Shown here: one piece after another, positions 24,540 to 38,900 of the stretch | Layout of the letters: each line of letters opens with the position of its first letter | How positions within the stretch are numbered: position 1 is the first letter of the stretch | NCBI GenBank assembly: GCA_038087875.1 | Contig: CM075997.1 | Location: forward strand, 4,032,001-4,096,000 | DNA from: Malacoraja senta | Lineage: Eukaryota | Direction: 5' to 3' | DNA: 64,000 nucleotides | Position numbers and translations under genes: made by a program | Notes under the pieces: model-generated | Seen by the model: the letters and a program-made list of their open reading frames with translations, nothing else | Told to the model about the DNA's origin: nothing | The model's database searches: none

Positions 24540-25088
24540 TGGGCGGGGGAGGGGGGCGGAGAGAGGGAGGGAGGGAGGAGGGAGGAGGGAAGGGGAGGGC
24601 GAAAGAGGGAGGGGGTGGGGGGGGAGGGAGATAGGGGTAGGGAAAGTGAGGGCGAAGGAGGGAGGGGAGGGAAGGGGAGGGCGAAAGAGGGAGGGGTGGG
24701 TGGGAGGGAGGTAGGTAGGGGGAGGGGGAGGGAGATAGGGGGGGGGAAGGGAGGGCGAAGGAAGGAGGTAGGGGGAGGGAAGGGGAGGGCGAAAGAGGGA
24801 GGGGGTGGGTGGGAGGTAGGTAGGGGGAGGGAAGGGGAGGGAGGGGAAGGGCGAATAAGGGAAGGGGAGGGAGGGAGGAGGAGGAAGGGGAGGGCGGGGG
24901 TAGGTTGTGGGAGGGGGGAGATGGGGGGGAGGGAGGGAGGGCGAAGGAAGGTGTGGGAGGAAAGAGGGGGAGGGGCGAAAGAGGGAGGGGGAGATAGGAA
25001 AGGGAGGGCGAAGGAAGGAAGGGGGGCGAAAGAGGGAGGGAGAGGGGGGGGGTAGGTAGGAGAAGGAAAGGGAGGGCGAAGGAGGGGA
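24540..25088. repeat. G/A-rich low-complexity polypurine tract
   Basis: ~550 bp almost entirely G and A, with recurring GGGAGGGCGAA units. Confidence 0.9.
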
Positions 25089-25185
25089 GCTCCCACACCC
25101 CGCCCATCCCGTCAGGTTGCCCTGGCAACTATCGGGGCCGAGCTCGGAAGCAGCTGACACCCACGAGTCAGACTGACAGCAGGAA

Positions 25186-25424
25186 GGTTACAATGTAGCG
25201 GCGGCGGCCACTGGACACACACAGCGGGTGAGTTACAATGTGTCAGCTTCATGTATTCAGCGGCCGGTTACAATGTGTCAGCTTCATGTATTCAGCGGCC
25301 GGTTACAATGTGTCCATGCGAATACAACGTGTCAATTTCATGTACGGGACGAGTTACAATGTATCAATGTCATGTATAAGGTGTTACAATGTGTCAGTTT
25401 CACGTATGAGATGAGTTACAATGT
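25186..25424 (+). repeat. Degenerate tandem repeat with GTTACAATGT core
   Basis: About seven GTTACAATGT cores, including two near-identical 35-bp units. Confidence 0.75.
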
Positions 25425-25976
25425 TCAAGAAGGAACTGCAGATGCTGGAAAAATTGAAGGGAGACAAAAATGCTGGAGAAACTCAGCGGGTGAGGCAGCA
25501 TCTATGGAGCGAAGGAAATAGGCGACGTTTCGGGTCGAGACCCTTCTTCAGACTTCTTCTTTCTCTGGGTACTTTGTGAATCCCTGTGATCTCCGATCCC
25601 GCGTCAAGTCAGTTTCAAATTACATTTCCGGACTTTGCCTCGAAATAAAATTGAGTGGAACCTCTTCGCTGTAGTTGGGGGTGTGGGGGGGGGGGGGGTT
25701 GCCACAGTCATTATTTTCAACCAAAAGAGTTGAAAGGGGTACAAAGGTGGAGGGAGAGACGGTCGGGGGGCGAGGGAGAGGGAGAGGGCGGTGAGAGCTG
25801 CGTGTACATTTGTAAATAGCGAGTGATTCATCGCTCAGCCTGCGAGGAGCGGGCGCCTTCGGGGTCGTGACGAATAGAGACGACTCAGCCTCGAAACTGT
25901 TCCCTTCTCTCCCAGTTTCACTTTTTTTTGGAAAGTAGAGGAAGAAAAGTTTTCTGCGAACTTTAGGACCGGTGAT

Positions 25977-26176
25977 NNNNNNNNNNNNNNNNNNNNNNNN
26001 NNNNNNNNNNNNNNNNNNNNNNNNNNNNNNNNNNNNNNNNNNNNNNNNNNNNNNNNNNNNNNNNNNNNNNNNNNNNNNNNNNNNNNNNNNNNNNNNNNNN
26101 NNNNNNNNNNNNNNNNNNNNNNNNNNNNNNNNNNNNNNNNNNNNNNNNNNNNNNNNNNNNNNNNNNNNNNNNNNNN
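25977..26176. other. Assembly gap (200 N)
   Basis: Run of N. Confidence 1.
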
Positions 26177-26402
26177 TCTTAGAGATAGACAAAGGTAAGA
26201 CCAATTGTGAATTGTGTATGTATTTTTACGTATGTGTGTTTGTATTTTTTAAGAAAGAATTGGGTTTTTTTGTTTTCTCTCTCTCTCTCTCTCTTTTTCT
26301 GTCTATCTTCTTTTTTCTCACACTCTCTCTCCCTCTATTGTCTGCCTTTTTGAGACGTCCGAGGAGTTATCGGGTTGTGAGACAAGCAGCGTTGTTTTTT
26401 AA

Positions 26403-27363
<961 letters not shown>

Positions 27364-27375
27364 CTCTATCTATCT

Positions 27376-27510
27376 ATGGGGAATGCTCTGGATAACAGTG
27401 ATGGGGGAACCCCCATTCAACATATGTGTTATTTGAATTTTAAGTATAATAAGAAATTTAGATTATTAAGTTATAAGCTGACCACATGGTTAGGAAATGA
27501 GAAAAGGTGA
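27376..27510 (+). pseudogene. Gag matrix-like N-terminal remnant
   Basis: MGNALDNSDGGTPIQHMCYLNFKYNKKFRLLSYKLTTWLGNEKR*; myristoylation-type MG start directly after the ERV leader. Confidence 0.45.
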
Positions 27511-29099
27511 TGGGATCCCTTTTTCTGACAAAGCAAAATAGGGGAAATTGGCGGGGAAATTCGGACAGAATGAAACATTTCCTGACTAAGGCAGACGAAG
27601 AAAAGGAAGGGAGTAAGGACTGAGGCAGAAGAAGAGAAACAGTATTAAATTCAACATTGAGTTAAAACAAACCTGCCTTCAAGATTTGAATAGCCTTTGG
27701 CACAGAGCAACAGAATGGCAGGCAACCTTGCATTGCTAAGCCTCGGATGAGAATGTGGGTCTTTGTCTGTGGAATTTGATACCTTATTGGGTGTGGTCAG
27801 ACTTTGAAAAATAGGAGTCTGATTGGTCGCCACTTCAGTGGGTGTGGCCAGACTTTGAGTGATGGGAAATCTGACTAATCACGATCTGGATCATGTCCAA
27901 TCACAGCGTCCAGGATCCTGACTGACAGGGAATTGGACCATCCTACCCTGCTGCCTATCATTGTGAAGATTTATGGTGGAAGGAAAAATGCTGTAACGGT
28001 TTTATTTCCAACTTAATTTTCTTGTTTCAACAAGATGGCTTTCACAATTTAAAGACTTTATAACCACAATTGTGACCTCAGTCCTCCCAGAGCTAATAAA
28101 AAAAAGTGGCGTGTAAACTCTTTCTTGTAAATTTTTTGAAACCAAGTTTTTGGTGAGAAAAAAAAAGGGTTTTGTCAGAAAAAGGGAAAGTAGATTACAA
28201 AGAGACGTCTTTGAAGTAAATATAGTATGAACTGCTTTTGTAAATGGCTTTTGTACATTCTTTTGTGTATGTGTATGGGTTCCTTTAAGAGACTGAAATG
28301 CATGGGGTCCCTTGGTGTAAATAGGTTTTTTAATTCTTGTTGCTATGATAAAAAAACGAATCAGGTTTGAAGTCTTTGATACCTGTGTTACACTTTGAAG
28401 CTATGTGGAGTGTGTTTTTGGATCATGACTTAAGAGAAAAATGTGCAAATGTGTTATTTGTTATAAATGTTTAAAGAGCTTTGTGTTTGAAACAATAGTT
28501 GTGTGTGTCCCTTTAACACATGGCAATGTCTGGGGGCTTTAACATTGATCACCTCGAAGCAGCAGTTTGACTGTTTTTACAGTGTTTCTTTCTCTACTGA
28601 TAAGGATTCCACTGAGAATTCCGATGCGGTTCAGTGCTTTCAATTAAAGGGGCACATTCAGATTCTTCAGATTTGGAGTATTTAGATCAAATACCTTTTT
28701 TTGCATTGTTAACTTCTGTGGTTCTAAATACTGAGTTGTGTAGGTCTATTGAGGACTTTATTTTGATGTGCAAATTTTGTGTTGTGAGAATTGAATTGTT
28801 TTGTGTGACATTTTTGGCCAAAATGAAACACAAGGCATGAAAGAGCTAATTGATATTACATTGCTTGCTGAGATACTTCACAAGATCATGTTGCTTGTAT
28901 TTCTCTTGGGACAGGCTTTCTCCAGTGGAACAGATAAGAAGGGAGAGAGGGAGATAGGACTTTTGCGTTCCATCACAGTAAGGAGTTGTTTGGAGATTCA
29001 CTGTGCTGGATGTTGTGTGGAACTGTGTGTTTTGTTTTTGCTGTTATGACTACAGGGAACGGAAATCTGTTCAAACTTTTGTTTGTTTGAATTGTTTGA

Positions 29100-29450
29100 A
29101 TGACAATAAAAGGAATTCAGCAGAGATTTTATATGACCATCCACTGGGGGCAACATGGAACCAGAATGCTCCAAAGGCTGTTCACTTTCATCACATGACA
29201 ATGGAAATGACTAATTATATTTTATCGTTAACCAGGGCATTGAAGGATGTACAGTAGAACCACTATGTCTAAAATTGAACCTGGTACTTGTGTAATACTC
29301 AGGAATTGGATGAGGAAGAGACTGGACATTCGGTGGGAAGGGCATTACCAGGTCCTTCTAACAACCCCTACCGCAGAAAAGGTGGAGGGGAGACATGCGT
29401 GGGTTCACTTTCACCACTGTAAGATTGTCAGTATGGTGCCAAAAAGATAA
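29100..29450 (+). pseudogene. Retroviral integrase C-terminal remnant, copy 1
   Basis: SAEILYDHP...MTNYILSLTRAL / IEPGTCVILRNW...RWEGHYQVLLTTPTAEKVEGRHAWVHFHHCK matches the gamma/epsilon IN GPY/F module. Confidence 0.85.
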
Positions 29451-29733
29451 AACGTAAACTCTTTCTTTTAAGAAATCCCTTTCTAGGATAGATTGCGATG
29501 GACATATCACTATTTTTGCCTATTTTGGGACATTGATAACCATCAGATCTGCGAGAAACTGAGTGTGCCGATGTAATGCAATGTGATGGTGGCATTGGCA
29601 GATTTGCAGGTGACGCAGGGCTGGGTGACTGCGAGTTGTGGGAAGGATGCTATGGACTGAGGGTGACCACAGGCTACGTACCCACTGGTGGTGCGACTCA
29701 CGTGTGGAAGTTTCACCTACAGGCCCTCAGTGA

Positions 29734-29990
29734 TTAACTAATTATTATACACAGCAATTAACCCATGCCTTGCCAGGTCTGCATTCTAAGGTACAAGAAG
29801 CGCAGAGACCACTACCAGTTGAACACAGGGACGAGTTCATACTGTCAGACTACATACTGATAAGGCATTGGGACGGAAGGAATTAAAACTGTGTTGAACA
29901 GAACTGTACCAAGTGGTATCAACAACATCAACCGCCAAGAAGATTGAAGATCACCGCGTTGGATTCATCTGATTGACTTTAAACAGTTTG
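29734..29990 (+). pseudogene. Retroviral integrase C-terminal remnant, divergent copy 2
   Basis: With frameshifts: LTNYYTQQLTHALPGLHSKVQEAQRP...DYILIRHW / RKELKLC*TELYQVVSTTSTAKKIEDHR / WIHLIDFKQ. Confidence 0.6.
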
Positions 29991-30008
29991 GAGAACCAAA
30001 AGAGGACA

Positions 30009-31153
30009 ATGGAGCTATTGACCCTCTTTTATATTCTGGGGTTGGCCCATATGGACTGGACTTGGTGAAATAATCTGTTTTTGTTTATGAGTTTTGAATT
30101 TGCCCTTCGTAATAATAAATGTATGCTGGTTGTGTACGCTCATCCCATATAATGGTGGAGAAGGAATACCCCTCGTAACAATACCCTTAACCTTACTGAG
30201 ATTCTGGCCTTTACTATTTACTGTTTTCACAATAAAAAAAGCAACTAATGGGTACCTTCAGAATGGCAAAGTCAAGGACCCATATTTGAAGAATGGTATG
30301 TGGCCTCTTTTATGACAGGATGGAAGGTAAATGAGAGCAGGGTTTGGGAAATACCATGGCTTAAATTAGTGTATTGCCCCAGAGCCCAGTTAAATACTGC
30401 CTGTTATTGTGAGGAACAGCACCTGCACCAAGGTTAGTGCTAATGGCCGCTGAGTCCAATAAATGGGACGTATTTTGTATGTGGATTTTGGGCATATCCA
30501 TGGTTACCTGGTATGTACCTGGGGATGAGAAGAAATGGGAAAGGTTGATTAGGTCAACCTACAACTGAAGGGGATGTTGTTATTTGGCCTTTGTTGTCTC
30601 TCACGTGAGAACTGTGTAACATCTAAACTGAATTGTATATTCCCGATGAGGGCTAAGTGAAGTGTATCAGAGTCAGAGCATTTCTGGATGATTGCTTTCC
30701 CACTGTATGGGACAGCCTGTCTATCATGGGAATTCATTCATATGTCCCCTAGATTGGAGAAATTGTTTAATTAAATGGTGGACATCTTTACCTACAAATA
30801 AAAGGCACTTTCATCCATTATGGCTGAAATGGATGCACTTTGTCATATATCCCTACAGGATAATAGGGGGTACTTGTGCTATTATAGGGTGTGAATGCTG
30901 TACTTACATCCCTGATGAATCCTCTAACATTACAGATTTAGCATCACATATTACTGCAGAAATAAAGAAGATTACAGAGGTAGGGGAGGAAATGCATAAC
31001 TTTAATAAAGGTGTAGAATGGTGGCCATTTAGTATGTTTGGAGGAATATGGGGAATGGTAATACATTATGGATCTATTGTACTGCTGATCATTTTCTTAA
31101 TCTATGCACTGAAATGTCTGAAGCCTTTACTATGTACTAACCAAGGACTGTAG
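30009..31153 (+). pseudogene. Gamma-type env remnant (stops, frameshifts, deletions)
   Basis: Signal-like MELLTLFYILGLA; CWLC at 30124; furin-site remnant RAK* at 30649-30660; fusion-peptide-like FWMIAFPLYG; GGTCAIIGCECCTYIPD (CX6CC); hydrophobic TM segment. Confidence 0.85.
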
Positions 31154-31182
31154 TGTTATCATTATATGATAAAAGGGAGGAA

Positions 31183-31661
31183 TGAAAGAGTTAGTTATTA
31201 ATTGATTGTTGTCATATTTAAACTTTCCTGTTGTAAAAGGCCAATTGTAATGCATGATGGGATTTGGACAACTCCTATCATGCCAGGTTTTTTTCCCCTT
31301 TAAGTTGAAAAGTTCACAGCTCTCTTACAAGTTTTTTTATGTAAGTTGAAGAGGTTAATCAGATAAGAAGGGGCCCAGAGGATGCCATTGGGGTAACTGG
31401 CTTTTGGCAAAGAGTGGAAAAACAACTCCATATTTGGAGGTGGATGATGGTTTTTGTGTCAGTACATCATGTAATTGGTTTTATATCGGTACGTATATAA
31501 GCTTCGATGTTCTGGTATTTCTTTGTGTGTGCTGCTGGAGATTCAGACGTGAGAACCTGTTGCCTCTGGGTCTCTCAGTTCACACCCGTCAGACGTTAAA
31601 TTAAAGCTTTGTATGGTCTTAAGAATTTGTACTTTGTCCATCTTCTAAGTGAACTTTTTCA
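31183..31661 (+). repeat. ERV 3' LTR
   Basis: Preceded by PPT AAAAGGGAGGAA (31171-31182). Starts TGAAAGAGTT and ends AACTTTTTCA (inverted termini; the end could be 31663). TATATAA 31494-31500; ATTAAA 31600-31605. Confidence 0.8.
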
Positions 31662-32594
31662 CAGGCCCATTCAGTGGCAGAGACCCGGGTTCAATCCCGA
31701 CCACGGGTGCGTCGGTACGGAGTTTGTACGTTCTCCCCGTGACCTGCGTGGGTTTTCTCCCACACTCCAAAGCCATACAGGTTTGTAGGTTGATTGGCTT
31801 GGTATAAGTGTAAATTGTCCCTAGTGTGTGTAGGATAGTGTTAGTGTGCGGGGATCGCTGGTCGGCGCGGACTCGGTGGGCCGAAGGGCCTGTTTACGCG
31901 ACATGTTCCTGAATGGTCGTCAGTAGTCGCCCAAAGAGTCGTATTAAATCTTTTCCCCTTCACCTTGAACCTATGCCCTCTGGTTCTTGATTCCCCAACT
32001 CTGGGCAAGAGATTCTGTGCATCTACCCGATCTATTCCTTGGGTGGATGCACAGAATTTGAAAGTAAACATGCAGGTACATCAGGCAGTGAAGAAAGCTA
32101 ATGGCATGTTGGCCTTTATGACGAGAGGATTTTAGTTTGGGAATAAAGAGGTCCTTCTGCAGTTGTACAGGACCCTGGTGAGACCACATCTGGAGTATTG
32201 TGTGTAGTTTTGGTCTCCTACTTTGAGGAAGGACATCCTTGCTATTGAGGCAGTGCAGCGTAGGTTCACCAGGTTAATCCTCGGGATAGCGGGACTGTCT
32301 TATGAGGAAAGATTGGACAGACTGGGCTTGTATTCACTGGAATTTAGAAGGATGAGAGGATATCTTATAGAAACATATAAAATTATAAAAGGACTGGACA
32401 AGCTAGATGCAGGTAAATGTTCCCAATGTTGGGGGGAGTCCAGAACCAGGGGCCACAGTCTTAGAATAAAGTGGAGGCCATTTAAAACTGAGATGAGAAA
32501 CAGCCTTTTCACCCAGAGAGTTGTGAATTTGTGGAATTCCCTGCCACAGAGGGCAGTAGAGGCCAATTCACTAGATTAATTTAAAGGAGAGTTA

Positions 32595-32914
32595 AAGCCC
32601 TGTCCCACGGTACGAGTTCATTCCAAGAGCTCTCCCGGGTAAAAAAAATAATCAAACTCGTGGTAAGCACGGAGAATGAACGTAGCGGGTACGTCGGAGC
32701 TCGGGGACGTCTCTTAGCGCTAACAGCAGGTACTCGGGAAGACTCGCTAACGGCAGGTAAGCACGGGAAGACTCGTGAAGATTTTTCAACATGTTGAAAA
32801 TGTCCACGAGAGCCCCGAGTACCGACGAGTGGCCATTACCGTAAATCTCCGAGTTCGAATCAGGGCAAACTCGGGGGAGCTCTTGGAATGAACTCGTACC
32901 GTGGGACAGGGCTT
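32595..32914. mobile_element. PIF/Harbinger-like MITE
   Basis: Long TIR AAGCCCTGTCCCACGGTACGAGTTCATTCCAAGAGCTC; TTA TSD interrupting a CR1 tail. A second copy lies at ~8582-8905. Confidence 0.8.
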
Positions 32915-35900
32915 TTAGATAGAGCTCTAGGGGCTAGCGGAATCAAGGGATATGGGGAGAAGGCAGGCACGGGTTACTGATTGTGGATGATCAGCCATGA
33001 TCACAATGAATGGCGGTGCTGGCTCGAAGGGCCAAATGGCCTACTCCTGCACCTGTTTTCTATGTTTCTACGTACACTCTTGCCCAGAGTAGGGGAATCA
33101 AGGGGAGAAAAGTGCGCAAGACACAACGAGGTAGATTGGAAGATCGGGGATACATCTTTAGCGTATGGGAGCTGCGTTCAGTAATCTGATAACAGCAGGG
33201 TAGAAGCAGTTCATGCATCTGGTGGTACACGCTTTCACGCTTTTGTATTTCCTACGAGACAGGAGGGGGGGAGAAGAGAGGATGATCACCAGAAAACAGT
33301 TTTGTTTATTGTCACGTGTACCGAGGTACAGTGAAAAGCTTTTGTTGCATGCTATCCAGTCAGCGGAAAGACAATACATGATTACAATCGAGCCGTCCAC
33401 AGTGTACAGATACAGGATAAAGTGAATAATGTTTAGTGCAAGGTAAGTCCAGTAAGGTCCGATCAAGGATAGTCCGAGGGTCTCCAATGAAGCAGATGGG
33501 AGGTCAGCACCGCTCTCTAGCTGTGGTAGGATGGCTCAGTTGCCTGATAACAGCTGGGAAGAAACTGTCCCTGAATCTGGAGGTGTGCGTTTTCACACCT
33601 CTGCACGTTCTCCCTGTGACCGCGTGGGTTTCCTCCGGGTGCTCCGGTTTCCTCCCACATCCCAAAGACGTGCGGGTTTGTAGGTTAATTGGCCCTCTGT
33701 AAATTGCCCCTAGTGTGTAGGGAGCGGATGCGAAAGTGGGAACAACACAGAAGATCATTGGTCGGCGAGGACCCGGTGGGCCGAAGGGCCTGTTTCCATG
33801 CTGTATCTTAGAATTTTAGTTGTAGTTAAGTTTAGAGACACAGCGCGGAAACAGGCCCTTCAGCCCACCGGGTCCGCACCAACCAACGATCCCCGCACAC
33901 TAACACTATCCTATACACTCCAGGGACAATTTACAATTTTACCCCAAAGCCAATTAACCCACAAACCTGTACGTCTTTGGAATGTGGGAGGAACCCGGAG
34001 CACCCGGAGAAAACCCACGCAGGTCACGGGAGAAGGTACAAACTCCGTACAGACAGCACCCGTAGTCAGGATCGAACCCGCAACTGTGAGGCTGCAACTC
34101 TACCGCTGAAAAATCACAAAAATAGTCAGTGGCGATGCAACTTGTTTTATTCAGTAATCCTCACATTGTTCCCAGCGGAAAGAAGCCAAACTTTGAAAAG
34201 AACGAAATCAAAGTGGCTAATGCTTAAGGCTGCATGTGCGTCAGAACTGGATGCTCAGGTTTTTATTCAGTAATGTTGACTCATCTTAATCTCTCCCTGA
34301 GCTGCTTATAAATAGAGACGCTGCCATTTTAAACATAGTTATTCACACTTGGTGTCACATGCTGGGAGTCAAGAATGAGTCTTCATTTGGCGCACAATTA
34401 GAAGCTGCGTATTACTGGACTGAACGTACTTTATTTCCCGTAAACAGTCAAATATCCTGTGTTTGAACTAGCTGCCGGAGGAGGTAGTTGAGGCTGGGAC
34501 TATCGCAACTAGTGTTGCCAACTCTCCCGTATTAGCCGGGACATCCCGTATATATTGGGCTAAATTGGTTTGTCCCGTACGGGACCGCCCTTGTCCCGTA
34601 TTTGACTGCTACTACTCGGGTTGGGTCGGAGCGCCGCGTCCGGCCCCGCCTCACCCGTCCCGACGTAGTGCAGCCCGTGGAGTGCAGCAGCAGCACCTCG
34701 CTCGTGGCCCCGTTGGTCGGTCGGCAGCCCGGCCAGCTGCCCGACCTTCGGACCTTCGCAGGTGGGAGTAATGTAGAAGGGACATGTTGGTCGGTGTGGG
34801 CGAGTAGGGCCAAAGGGCCTGTTTCCACACTCTATGGCTCTATGAGTCTAATAATTGAATTCAGTTAGTACAGTAAGTATTGTACTCCTGCGTAGGAAGG
34901 AACTGCAGATGCTGGTTTACACCGAAGATAGACACAAAATGCTGGAGTAACTCAGTGGGTCCGGCAGCATCTCTGGAGAGAAGGAGGTATATAAAGCATA
35001 TTACAGAGCAACACAGGAATAGGCCACAATGTCCGTGCCAAAAATGATGCCAAGTAAATTAATCTCCTCTGCCTGCTTGCGATCCATACCCCTCAAATCT
35101 GAAATCTCAAATCAGAAGAAGGGTCTCGACCCGAAGCGTCGCCAATTCCTTCTCTCCATAGATGCTGCCTCACCCGCTGAGTTTCTCCAGCATTTTTTGT
35201 CTTCCCTAAAATCTCTGTATATCCTTGTGTCGATGTAAAAGGCCTCTTCAACACCAGTATCACTCCAGCACTTAGTGTCTTTTTAAATTTAGCTGTATTT
35301 CTATTTTCTATTTTCATAGAAATATAGAAACATAGAAAATAGGTGCAGGAATAGGCCATTCGGCCCTTCGAGCCAGCACCGCCATTCAATATGATCATGG
35401 CTGATCATCCAATATCAGTACCCCGTTCCTGCTTTCTCTCCATATCCCTTGATTCCGTTAGCCTGAAGAGCTAAATCCAACTCTCTCTTGAAAACATCCA
35501 GTGAATTGGCCTCCACTGCCTTCTGTGGCAGAGAATTCCACAGGTTCACAACTCTCTGGGTGAAAACGTTTTTCCTCATCACAGTCCTAAATGGCCTGCC
35601 CCTTATTCTTAAACTGCGACCCCCTGATTCAGGACTCCCCCAACATCGGGAACATTTTTCCTGCATCTAGCCTGTCCAATCCCTTAAGAAATGTATATGT
35701 TTCTATCAGATCCGTATTTAAGAAGCATATTATAGATTGTCTTGCATGTTTTATAACCACGCCTTACTTCCCAATGTCATCTTCTGTTCTTCGTTAGTGC
35801 CATTGTTTTAAATGACTAGTTAATATGTCAACATTTGGAATGGGAACAGATTACTGAAAAATGTGCTGAGTACTGACAGTGTCATAGAATCACAGAGTGA

Positions 35901-38900
35901 TACAGCGTGGAAACAGGCCCTTCGGCCCAACTTGCCCACACCGGTCAACATGTCCCAGCTACACTAGTCCCACCTGCCCGCGCTTGCTCCATATCCTTTC
36001 AAACCTGTCCTATCCATGTACCTGTCTAACTGTTTCTTAAATGTCGGGATAGTCCCAGCCTCAACTACCTCCTCTGGCCACCAGCATTAGTTTGGCATTG
36101 CCTTTGATCTTCCAAACAAACAGATGTATTTCATTTCTTCTTTAAACTTTTCATATCCCTACTTTCCCTCTACCCTGACTCTCAGTCTGAAGAAGGGTCT
36201 CGAATGGCCTACTCCTGCACCTATTGTCTACTGTCTATTCAGCAGGGTCAGGGGATATGGGGAGAAGGCAGGAACGGGGTACTGATTGGGGATGATCAGC
36301 CATGATCACATTGAATGGCAGTGTTGGCTCGAAGGGCCGAATGGCCTACTCCTGCACCTATTGTCTATTGTCTATTGTCTATTGACTCGAAACGTCACCC
36401 ATTCCTTCTCTCCAGAGATGCTGCCAGTTCCGCTGAGTTACTCCAGCTTTTTGTGTCTACCTTCGGTGTCAACCAGCATCTGCTGTTCCTTCCTACATCT
36501 TAATCTGAGAAGATAGACATAAAAAGCTGGAGGAACTCAGCGGGTCAGGCAGCATCTGTGGAGGGAATGGACACTGCTTCAGACTCTGGTCAGTCTGGCA
36601 TAGAGGCTCCCTGTTCCAGAGAACCGGCCTGCTGTAACCTCTGTGGCCACAAGGGGGAGCGCCGAGACCAGACAGCGCAAGGATTCATTAGGGAGTGGAC
36701 AGGGAGAGGGAGAGAGAGTGAGGGAGAAAGAGAGAGAGGGGGAGAGAGAGAGAGGGTGGGGGTTAGAGGGAGGGTAACAAATTGAGGGGGAGAGGGGGAG
36801 GGGGAGATGGAGGGGGAAGTGAGGAGAGGGGGTGGAGAGAGTGTGGACCAGGGAGGAGAAGAGGGAGAGTGTAGACCACAAACTCACATAGAAACATGTT
36901 TAAGAAGGAACTGCAGATGCTGGAAAATCGAAGGTAGACAAAAATGCTGGAGAAACTCAGCGGGTGAGGCAGCATCTATGGAGCGAAGGAAATAGGCTGC
37001 GTTTTGGGCCGAAACCCTTCTTCAGACAGAAACATGTTTTCTTAGGTGCAGGAATAGGCCATTCGGCCCTTCGAGCCAGCACCGCCATTCAATATGATCA
37101 TGGCTGATCATCCACAATCAGTACCCCGTTCCTGCTTTCTCCCCATATCCCTTGATTCCGTTAGCCCCAAGAGCTAAATCTAACTCTCTCTTGAAAACAT
37201 CCAGTGAATTGGCCTCCACTGCCTTCTGTGGCAGAGAATCCCACAGATTCACAACTCTCTGGGTGAAAAGGTTTTTCCTCATCTCAGTCCTAAATGGCCT
37301 ACCCCTTATACTTAAACTGTGACCCCTGGTTCTGGACTCCCCCAACATCGGGAGCATTTTTCCTGCATCTAGCCTGTCTAATCCTTTAAGAATTTTAATA
37401 TGTTTCTATTTATTTCCCTCTCATACTTCTAAATTCCAGTGAATACAAGCCCAGTCGACCCATTCTTTCATCACAATAGGCAATAGACAATAGGAGCAGG
37501 AGTAGGCCATTTGGCCCTCTGAGCCAGCACCGCCATTCAATGTGATCATGGCTGATCATCCCCAATCAGTACCCCGTTCCTGCCTACTCCCCATATCCCC
37601 TGACTCCGCTATCTTTAAGAGCCCAATCAAGCTCTCTCTTGAAAGCATCCAGAGAACCTGCCTCCACCGCCCTCTGAGGCAGAGAATTCCACAGACTCAC
37701 AACTCTCTGTGAGAAAAAGTGTTTCTTCGTCTCTCCCTCTGGTAAAAGCGCCCACTCTTTCATCACAGCCGCTGGTGGTGAGCCGCAGAGCCGGGTTCAA
37801 CCCTCACCTCCAGCGACCCGGGTTCAATCCCGAGCTCATGTGCTGTCTGTGTGGAGTTTGCATGCTCTCTTTGTGGCCGTCTGGGTTTTTTCCCTCGATG
37901 CTCGTCTCCCAAGAACATGGAACTGGTAGATCAGATGCCCGTTGTAAATTGCCCCTAGTGTGTGAAATGTGTGTGAGGAGGTGATAGAACAGTACAGAAC
38001 AGGAACAGGCCATTCGGCCCACAGTGTCTGCTGGACAGATTGCCGAGTGACATTAACCTCATGTCATCCATATCCCTCCATTTCTCCATATCCATGTGCC
38101 TATCTAAAAGCCTCTATAATATCTGCCTCCACCACCACCCCTGGCAGTGTGTTCCACCCACCCACCACCCTATGTTAAAAAATATTGTCCACATATCCCC
38201 TTTAATCTTACAGCTATGCCCTCTAGTCTTTGACATTTCCATCCTGGGACAAAGATTCTGACTGTCTACTCTTGTCCATGCCTCTCATACTTTTAGTTTA
38301 TTTAGTTTAGAGATACAGCGCGGAAACAGGCCCTTCGGCCCACTAAATTCGCGCCGACCAGCGACCACCACACATTAACACTATCCTACACACACTCGGG
38401 ACAATTTACACATAGACCAAGCCAATTAACACACAAAAATCACGTCTTTGAAGTGTGGGAGGATCTCGGAGAATATCCACACAGGTCACAGGGAGAACGT
38501 ACAGTATAAACTCCGTACAGACAGCACCCGTAGTCGGGATCGAATCCGAGTGTCTGGTGCTGTAAGGCAACAACTCTACCACTGCACCACTGTGCCCCAC
38601 TCTCACTTTTATATACTGCTGTCAGGTCTCCCCTCAACCTGCGATGATCCAGAGAAAATAATTCAAGTTTATCTAAACTTGAATTATTTTACATTGAAGC
38701 GATTGAAATCCAAGTGAAGTTTAAATGGCATCAAAAAAATAAAACCTCCAGAATGGATGATATTCATTATGTGGTTGGCTGGAGTCAGTATCAGCACAAT
38801 TACTATATTAAACTTTGAATCTTCAGATGTCCTTGTTGCAGGAACCCTCTAATCCAGGCAGTGTTCTGATAAGCCTTTTGTGCACGTTCTCCAAAGCCTT

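Noticed and set aside
24096..25160. Long Gly/Arg/Glu- and Pro-rich ORFs
   Set aside because: Products of the low-complexity purine tract; no domain signal.
25560..25976. Possible 5' LTR of the ERV
   Set aside because: No similarity to the 3' LTR at 31183-31661. The 5' LTR and PBS are presumably within the gap.
34510..34762. hAT-like terminus TAGTGTTGCCAAC with GC-rich interior
   Set aside because: No second TIR or TSD could be identified.
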